Source: Basidioascus undulatus
Taxonomy: Eukaryota
NCBI GenBank assembly: GCA_000826855.1
Contig: JTLS01000003.1
Span: 44,714-64,713, forward strand
DNA length: 20,000 nt
Reading direction: 5' to 3'
Positions 12,008 through 20,000 of the stretch are shown in pieces. Under the pieces are notes generated by a model. That model did no database searches and was not told the origin of the DNA. It saw only the letters and a program-made list of their open reading frames with translations. Within the stretch, counting starts at the first letter, position 1. Each line of letters opens with the position of its first letter. A program made the translations under genes and the position numbers.

Positions 12008-13577
12008 ATGAATCTGCTTCGTATTCTTCAGCCCCCAATCTACCCTCCGGCCTCCCTTGCACGTCTCGTCCCCCTCACCGGGCCGGCTGCATTCTTCCTC
12101 CGCTTCGTGCGCCTCCTTCACTCGATCCTCACTCTTCCACTCCTCCTTCTCGCGGTCTTCCTCCCGAGCGACACCTCTTGCCCACCGATTATCGACCCAT
12201 CCTGGCGTCTTTCGCAACGCCTCTTCGCCCGGCTCGTCTCCCAAGGCGTCTGGTTCCTTACGTACGGCCTCCCGCCCGCCTTCCTCGAGGATGGCCGCCA
12301 TCAGGTTCCGCGACTAAGCTGGCTCATATGGGGTTGGCCGCGTGGCACCCATGCGCGGTCGATGAGGATTGGTAGGGCTGACGACTGGTTGAGGAAGGGA
12401 GTACTGGCAGATGAGGAGGCAGGCCCAGTCGAGGCAGACGGGGTTGACTGCTTCTGGGCTTGGCGAGGAAGACCGGATGGCCCGCCTCGGAAGATGGATG
12501 GGGACAACGTGATGCTCTATTTAGTCGGAGGTGGATGTGAGTCTTATAAGTTTTCTCTAAAAGATGGCTGTTGCTGAACGATGCCATCAGTCGTCTCCGG
12601 AGCACCACTCGAGGTGTGCCTTCCATATCCCTCTACCGATTAATCGCAGCTCACCTGCTTTCCCCTATAGGGCCCCCTAGCCTGGTCGCTCGCAGGTCGC
12701 TTGTGCCTTCCAATCTTCTGCGGTTCGTCTTTTCAAATGCTACTAGCAACCTCGCCCTGATACCTGTTTGCTTCCAGCGAACTACCGCAAGACGACGACC
12801 GACCGTTCGACAGCCTTTCCTGCGGCGTTACATGATTCGTTAGCCGCGTATTCGCACCTTCTCATGCTTGGATACGCTCCCTCGAACATCTTTTTGGTGG
12901 GAGACTCGGCTGGTGGAGGCCTCTGCGTCACCGTGAGGCGCTGGACCGAGAATGAGCTGATAGGTCTTAGAGTTCAGCCGCTGACACAGTGATGTTTCCG
13001 CTCACAGTTGACACTCTATCTTGCCAGCGCCGGACTGCCTACTCCAGCGGGCGTGATCGCACTGTCGCCCTGGCTCGACCTGACGTGCAGCGAGTGCTCG
13101 CATATCTTTAACAAGGGGACGGATCTTCTCAACTCGGCACAGCTGCACACCGCCATCGCAGTCTACACTGCCAACTTTCCCTCTCCCGCCAGCGCCTCCT
13201 CTTCCAGCGGGAAGCCTATCCATTCTACCGCATCCCTCACAGCCTTCGGACCCGCCCATCCGTTCTTCTCCCCATCCCTCCTCCCGCCGACTCACCCGCT
13301 CTTGGGCGCACTCGCCCAGACTCACACTCGCTTTCTGATCACCTACGGCGCTGCCGAGCGCTTCGCCGACGAGGACGCGCGGTTCGCGCGCTCGCTCAAG
13401 GGTGCGGGTGTGCGTGGGTTGGAGGTGGACGTCGAGCTGGGCGGCTGGCACAACTGTGGACTGCTGCCGGTGGGAAAGAACGGGTGTGTGGAGAGGGTGT
13501 TGAGGAAGTTGAAAGCGTTCGTCGAGGCAGGGACAGGCGTCGACAAGAACAGCGGGTCGGACGTGGCTTTGAACTGA
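12008..13577 (+). CDS. Alpha/beta hydrolase, HSL / Abhydrolase_3 esterase-lipase family, 5 exons, hydrophobic N-terminus
   Basis: Exons 12008-12536, 12591-12613, 12671-12722, 12778-12932, 13008-13577. Motifs: YLVGGGFVSG (oxyanion region), NYRK...[13 protein letters not shown], nucleophile elbow GDSAGGG (~12900-12920), [15 protein letters not shown] and GGWH (candidate acid and His of the triad). Confidence 0.9.
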
Positions 13578-13772
13578 ACAAGAGAAGAAATGTATTCTCT
13601 TCCGCAGTGGCGAAGCGGGCGTGTGCCTGTTGTCAGGGCTGTTGCGCCTTTCAAGTCACAGACAGGCCTTTGAGCACCCAGTCTCTTCCCTGCCGACCAT
13701 TATACTCCTTACATGACCTGTGAGCGACTAAAGCACTCTGGCTTGTCCAATAACGCTTCCAATCTATTCAGG

Positions 13773-15646
13773 TCACTCCAGCGTTACGGCCACCCCATCA
13801 CCCGCCCCGGACTGCTGATCTCGAGCCTCGACCCCAGCCTTATTTCCCGCATGTTCTGGCATGATCTCAAACATTTTGTCATAGTAAGCCGCTGGGAACC
13901 GGCGTGCGTCGGTGCTTCGTGCCAGGCAGGCGTCGATCTTCTCTTCTCCAGCGAGCAGCAGCAGGAGCCAGCCGATGTTGCTGCGAAATTGACAGCGAAC
14001 AGGTCAGTCAGTCCCCTGCTAAATTATTCTGTGAAACAACCCACCTGTTCGCTGAGCAAACCATCCCGTCCGCCTTCCGCCCCAGATAAGTCAAGTCCCT
14101 CACGAGCCTCTGCGTCGCCGCCTCGACGCGCTCGCGCCTCGGCCGCTCGTTCAATGACAGCTGCGCGTGGCCGCTGCCTCCCCGAACGCGCAGTGGAGAC
14201 TGTGTAGAACGCGCGGGACAGCGGGGACTCGAAGAGGTGCGACAGGGCGAGGTACGGGTCGTCGCTGAAAACCACGAGCGTGTGCTTGTGCGTGGAGGAA
14301 GGGGAAGGCGAGGAGGAGCTGAAAATGGAGACCATCAAAGATGCCACGGTGATGAATGGCGTCGCGTCGCCGAACACGCGAGAAATTCCCGACAGCTCGA
14401 TGGGCATATTCTCTGACCACTACGAGTGTGCATTGAGACTGTCAGATCACTGAACAAACGGAAAGTGACGCATCAGAATCACGGAACTTGTCGCCTAGCC
14501 GCAGATGCACCCCAATGTCGGTATTCTTCTCACTTTGCTTTGCCTCATTACGGCTACTCAGCCTCGAGCGCCTCACGTTTCCAACAGCACTCTTGCGCCT
14601 GCGCTCGGCGATCTCCGCCTCCAGATTCGCGACCACGCCCTGATACAAACAGAGGTTCAGTACCACGTTCTCTCACTGTCTCCACTACAAGCAAGCATAG
14701 CTGCACGTGCGCGTTAGGCCTCCAGAGCTGGTTGAAGAGCTAGGCTTCCGCGCGGTAGAAGCGCTTGAGCGCTGGGTGCAGCGTCTGCCCGGTGGGCAGG
14801 ATTCCCAGCCCGTCGGCTTGGTTTGCGTGGTCCTGCGCGACAATGGCAGTAGCATCGGCGGTCGTCAGGAAGCGCGAAACGAGATGAGAGTCGACAATTT
14901 CCAGCCTTATGGAAGCGGCGGAGTGAGTTTGGTGTACCCACGCGATCTAGAAACATGCAGCGCACTCCTCCCTTCCGGCCTGGCGTGGTCGGTAGCTTCC
15001 CACCCGGGGGAGCCCACCGTTGCGCGTCTGCGCGTGAGCCAGTCGTCGGGGAGTGCACATTCGATCTCGGGCGTGATGAAGTAGTCGGCGAAGGAACCTA
15101 GGTGAACGGAGGTTGTCAACAAACGGGTAGGCGTGACAGTCTTGAAAGGTAGCCACCATACCGTAATTCCACTCGCTCCGTTTTTACGCGCGAAAAGTGC
15201 AGAGCGGATCTGCGTCGCGTAAAGCATGAGCTGGGTACTTTGAGGGCGTCGAAGAAGGCTGCGCGTACGTAGAGCCCCAGGTCTGGTGGATAAGATGGGA
15301 GAAGTTGAGCAATCATGCCAGGAACGTGTAGAAGTGTTTCTGATCTCACCAGAACTAAAGCCCCAATTACTATCGCACACGAATAGGAGAGTGCGATCGC
15401 ACCGTCTCAGGGCGCCACCTTCGGCGCCTGCACCGAGCGACGCGGGCGAGCGTGACAGGGACTGTTCTGAGGATGAAGAAGGCCTGGCGGCACGTTAACA
15501 TGAGCGCGTATCGGTCACTCACGAATTGAACAGGCGTGCAACGCACTACCAGCACGGCTCCCTCACCCACCAAGAGTACCTCGCGCCGCGCACCCGGCGA
15601 GCATAGAGGCGAGGATGAGCCAATCGAGGCGCGAGTAGTCGCCCAT
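13773..15646 (-). pseudogene. Glycosyltransferase GT23/FUT8-like (alpha-1,6-fucosyltransferase-type) pseudogene
   Basis: Recognisable segments: GFSSDLGLY-IRSALF, EWNYGSFADYF, ILPTGQTLHPALK...LWRPN, GVHLRLGDK (GDP-fucose-binding motif I-like, ~14487-14513), LVVFSDDP, LVRDLTYLGRKADGMVCSANSNIGWL. Lesions: in-frame TAG at 14740-14742, donors reading CT (14699-14700) and AT (14472-14473) where GT is expected, and frameshifts near 15178, 14380 and 14190. The 5' boundary is uncertain. Confidence 0.7.
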
Positions 15647-17336
15647 AGCAGCGGGAGCCGGAAGGTAGCGAGGACAGGGAGAAGGACGTGAGAATGATAT
15701 GGTGGAAGATATAAGAGAGAGAAGAGGTTGACGAGATTTGGGCCGAGAAACACGGCGTGGCACTCGATCGTCCTGGAACCACGATTCGTTGTCCCCGGTC
15801 CGAACAGAACTTCACACAAGAAGCTTGTATCAAACAACCTCCCATGCTCCAGGTAGAGGCGGAGGCACCGTTGAGTCTACCGAATTTGGGGGGAGGAAGA
15901 TGAGGAGACAGCTCCGGCCAATGTCTCACCTCTGGGTGAATGACAGCCTGGTCCGATGCTGCGCGTCGAAAATAATGAATAGCCAGAAACAAGCCAAATA
16001 ATTACTTTGCCTCTGTTATTCTTGCTGATCCTCCGAAATAACACATATTATTTCGGTCCTTGGATGGAGGAGGCGGAGTAACTCAAACGATTGAGTGTGA
16101 AGTCTCATGAGCGCGGTGAATAGGAGCAGTGACTCCCTGTTTTCCACGCCCTCTGCGCAGATGATGGATGAAAGAAAGCCCTTAGGCGGTGAGTTGTGGG
16201 TGATGTGTCTGATCAAACTGAATAGGACGCAATAGGACTGTCATTGCAGCTGAGCGGAGACCGACGAGCAACCTTCCGACTCGCTGCAGCGTTATATTGG
16301 GCTGTCAGAGACCTGCCCCATCCTAGTGCCGCCCCTTCCAGTTGGTACATATCACAGAACGCTTTGGTATTCTTGTAACTGAACCAATCAACAATAGGTC
16401 TCCGAGTCAAACTCCAACTTCAAAGGAGCCTTTAAGCCGGAACGCGTGGCACCGGATGTGCAAAACGTTGGATCGCATTTGGTAGAGTTTTCTGCATCCC
16501 TCTACCTTTGCGAACGGCAGTAAGTGGAATATAAAGGCAATAATCCAGGCCCCATACTCCTTCCCACATAGCAACACGTCCCCCCGATGCACACACCGCC
16601 AGCACCACGTGCACCAACTGTACTCCGCTTGTCCGCACGTCCAGTCAGCTCGAGCTGCAAGATCACCTTCTCAAGGATCTTACGACTGTTAGCAGTGCGT
16701 CATGAATGGTCCCTGGATTCTCTGTAGTACCACCGCAGTTCCAGATCTCTGTGAAAGGCAACATCCCCAGTCTCTCCATTAGCCCCGGAGGATCGACATG
16801 CCTCTGGGACTCCCACCATACGCTTCATACAGTTTTAGCAAGCTCGCGTTTCCGTTTGTAAAACAAATCAATTTATTCCGAACTTAAGTTTCCTGATAAA
16901 CACCCGTTGGAGAGCCGTCGGGAGGTGGACAAGCTGGGCACCCACGAGGACGCACTCCTCTGAGGCACAGCCCTGCAGCCCTGAGCAGCATCCAAGCTGC
17001 TTTGCAGAGCCAACCGCTTTGCCAAGCCCTATTCAACCGCTTTGATCCACTTGATTTCGGTCACAGGTTATTGTGGTTAAGCTTTTCTTTCTCAGTATCC
17101 ACATCGTCCACTGCGGTGCCTGCCCATTCCGTCTGTCGCCGGTCCCTGTCCCAGCACAACGGTGCCCACTCCAAGTCCTGGTCGTGAACCTTTTTGTGTC
17201 CTCCTTATACTCACGTTGCTTGACGCAAGGATGCAGACATATTTAAGCGGTTCGTCCAGGGGATGTTCCTGTTCATCGTCACTCTCATCTCACCTTCAAT
17301 TTCTAACCTTCCAACCTTCTATACTCACCATTTACA

Positions 17337-18493
17337 ATGCGTTCCACAATCGCTTTCTCTATCGCGGCCACTGTAGCCGTAACGCAGGACAGGTCAAGGC
17401 GCTCAACGATGCTAGCACCGCTGTGGAGCGTTAGCGAGTGTCAAGTCTCCATCTCTGTGAATTACTTTGACACTGAGACTTGAACTTCAGCGCTGTCCTG
17501 GCCAACAACGCGGATTTGGTGTTCGATTTCCTGAACCCCCCCGCTGCTGCAAGTCAGCCGGCGGCGAAAGCGGTGTCCTTGTGCGTCCTTCTCTTCAGAT
17601 CTGAGCCCTATGTACGGTAACATGATTAAAAACTCCCCTCTAGACGTCCGCGAGGACCAATACCTTCCCCGCTCTTCTCGGATCCGACATCGCCGTGACG
17701 GGAGCATGGCTGGAAGGTACGGACTTTTACCGTTTCCACCAACTGCGACCGAGCGGCAAGCTGAGCACAGTGATGTTGGAATAAACAGCGTGTGCGCTCA
17801 TCACGCCCCACACCCACCCGCGCTCGGCAGAGTTCCAACCCTATGTCAACGGCGAACGCATCCTCACGGGCACGTTCCCCGAGAACGGCATCCATGCAGA
17901 ACGAGGTCAAGCAGGGGCAGACGGTGCTGTTTGACAAGGGCAGCGTCCACTTGTGAGTCTCCATAGTCTTTGATACAGTGAGAATATGGCCTTTCTGACT
18001 GGAGTCAAGTCTCGGGCCACAGCCAGCAGAACTTTGGCTGCGAGGAGGTCCTGTTCATCTCGGCGTTTGGCAACGATGATCCCGGCACGGTTCAGATTGT
18101 GCGTTACATCTTCCAACTTGGCCGTAGCTGCTGCTACAATTCTAATGTTGGTTCCTGTATCAGGCCCAAGCCTTCCTCATCGAGCTCCCCTCGGGACATC
18201 GTCTCCGTCACGCTAGGCGACCAGCTCTCCCCGGAGCAATCGACGCCATCGCTGCGCGTCTGCCCGCGGAAGTTACCACCGGTCTGGTACGTTCCTCCAC
18301 CGTCCCAAAATTACCCCCATCCCCAGGGCAACTCATCTTCTTCTCCCTCCGTAACCAGGCGGAATGTCGCGTCCGCTGCGGTATCGACACCTCGGCCTCG
18401 CCGCACCCTAATAAGCGCCGCCGCTCGGAGGCCACCTTCGCGCCTCTGGATATCGCCGCTAGGTGGCGCGGGGCCAAGAAGGAGCGCCTCTAG
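17337..18493 (+). pseudogene. Spherulin-1/germin-like secreted cupin pseudogene
   Basis: Signal-peptide-like start MRSTIAFSIAATVAV, then ALNDASTAVER, DLVFDFLNP, TFPALLG, germin box CALITPHTHPRSAEF (17789-17832), ENG, GQTVLFDKGSVHFQQNFGCE...SAFGNDDPGT and a C-terminal ECRVRCGI. Frameshifts at ~17390, 17890-17893, ~18194 and ~18238. Confidence 0.85.
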
Positions 18494-19205
18494 GAGCCCG
18501 AGTGAGGAGTGCGCTCGCGCAGCGCTGGGGCTGTCCCACTGGGATAGTGCAAATACAAGGATTTTTCAAGATAGCTTTTGATTTTCTGCTTCAAGGGTGC
18601 TGCGGCGCAAGTACTTTTCAGCACTCTTTTCCTTTATTTCTGTGTCCAAAGTGATATGGACATGCTTGCTGTTATCTTTTGTTGGCGACACTGTCAAATT
18701 GCCCTGGAATCTGAAACGCCACATGCACCTATGCACCCATGCACTGAAAGCAAGCTGCACACCTATCGCACCCATGCCGTCAATACCACCAGACACCAAA
18801 GAAGTTGCTGTGTCTTGCTAGCTTTTGCGAAAGATCCCATACATGGACCTTATGCGACCACATGGATGTCGCATCCGTCTGTCTCTGTCCATCGGTGTCC
18901 CATCTCTCTGTCCGCTTGTGACGCCAGGTAAAATCATTTGTGCCTCAGAACATGTGAGTTGGTTCCCAAGACAGCGCTCGCTCGTTTGCGAGCAACGTTC
19001 GTCAGCCGGCCCCCAGCCTCTCGTGCTGCTCCTTTCGACTTCAACCCTCGCTTCATCATCGACTGTCAAAACAACACCACAATCCTCACAGTTATGAAAC
19101 AAGTCATCAAGTAAGTAAGAAGGAACTAGAAAACTAAGTGGTATGTATCGCCCTACCCCCACACCCGCGTCCCCTGCACCCCTCCTCTCACCACTCTGGC
19201 ATCAA

Positions 19206-19985
19206 TCACGCATGGCTCCTCGCCCTAGCCAACGAGTTCCTGCATCAGCGAGTACTGTCATGTCAGCAAAAGGCTGACTGAGTAGGGAGAAGGGGCAGCA
19301 GCTACGCACGGAGTGACCAAGCTCTGATAGCTCCGCCGCTTCGGGTCGTTCTTCCTCTTTTTGAGGCTCTTCTGGACCTTCTTGTCCGGGCGGACGACGA
19401 TGACGGGGATGGGGGAGTGGGAGAGACACCAGCTGAGGGAGAGCAACAGTACACCCCGTCAGTCACTTTCATCAGATCCGCTTTGCTGGGAGAATGGGCG
19501 GGAAAGGGGGGGTGAACGATCGGAGCGGAGAGAAGGAGGGGGGGTAAAAGCAAAGGGATGAGGGGCAATAGGGAAGGGTAGGTAAGGGAATGGGAGGACA
19601 GGAACGAACGGAAAGACCCACCGCGAAACGCTCCCCATCCCGCCATAAGACCCGCCCCCACCGCCAATCCCAAACGACAGCGCCGCGCCGAGGGAGTTCC
19701 ACGTCCCGCTCTTCCCGCGTGTGCCGACGATTAGGGAGTCGGGACGGTACATCCTGTGGCGCGGGAGGTGTACTGTGTCAGTATCGTCGTATGGGATATT
19801 GGAGAGTGTGGGGCATGGGATGGAAGAGTGGTGGGAGGTGGGGGGAGAACGGAGGACGGAGTGGAAAAAGAGGGAAGGGATGGGAAGTAGGGGAATGGGA
19901 GGGGAGAAAGGGAAAGGGGAGGAAAGGGGAAAAGGGGAAAAGGGGAAAGAAGACGCACCGACGTCAAGAACGATAGGGAGGGTCG
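19206..19985 (-). CDS. Universal stress protein (Usp) domain protein, 3' part only
   Basis: Spliced MYRPDSLIVGTRG...GMGSVSR|WCLSHSPIPVIVVRPDKKVQKSLKKRKNDPKRRSY matches the Usp C-terminal signature (lVvGsRG...GSVS..clxhspvPVlVV). The 5' end is truncated by the window/contig end. The last exon is ambiguous between two possible acceptors. Confidence 0.85.
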
Positions 19986-20000
19986 AGATCGGAAGAGCAC
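19986..20000 (+). other. Illumina TruSeq adapter remnant (AGATCGGAAGAGCAC), assembly artefact
   Basis: The last 15 nt exactly match the start of the TruSeq read-through adapter AGATCGGAAGAGCACACGTC. Confidence 0.93.

Noticed and set aside
16016..17000. Staggered short minus-strand ORFs, possible transposon remnant
   Set aside because: No transposase, RT or integrase motifs, terminal repeats or target-site duplication seen.
18566..19162. Overlapping short ORFs between the cupin and Usp genes
   Set aside because: Consistent with convergent 3' UTR/intergenic sequence; no coding motifs.

Overview
Eukaryotic, intron-dense fungal DNA, most likely a basidiomycete yeast (inferred from 45-100 nt GT-AG introns, CTGAC/CTAAC branch points and micro-exons). 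The ORF track is fragmentary, so genes were rebuilt by splicing by hand. From left to right: (-) a 14-exon GFA/CENP-V (Mss4-like) zinc protein with an apparent +1 frameshift; (-) an intact ~20-exon CYP53 benzoate 4-monooxygenase, with a duplicated CGG-N10-CCG palindrome upstream; (-) an intact ~25-exon quinate-permease-like sugar porter; (+) a divergently transcribed HSL-family alpha/beta hydrolase; (-) a GT23/FUT8-like glycosyltransferase pseudogene; (+) a spherulin/germin-like cupin pseudogene; and (-) the 3' part of a universal stress protein gene. The window ends in 15 nt of Illumina adapter. The best candidate system is a small aromatic-acid/quinate-ester catabolism cluster (esterase, permease, CYP53, GFA) next to a zone of gene decay. 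Family calls come from motif recognition only; no database search was run.
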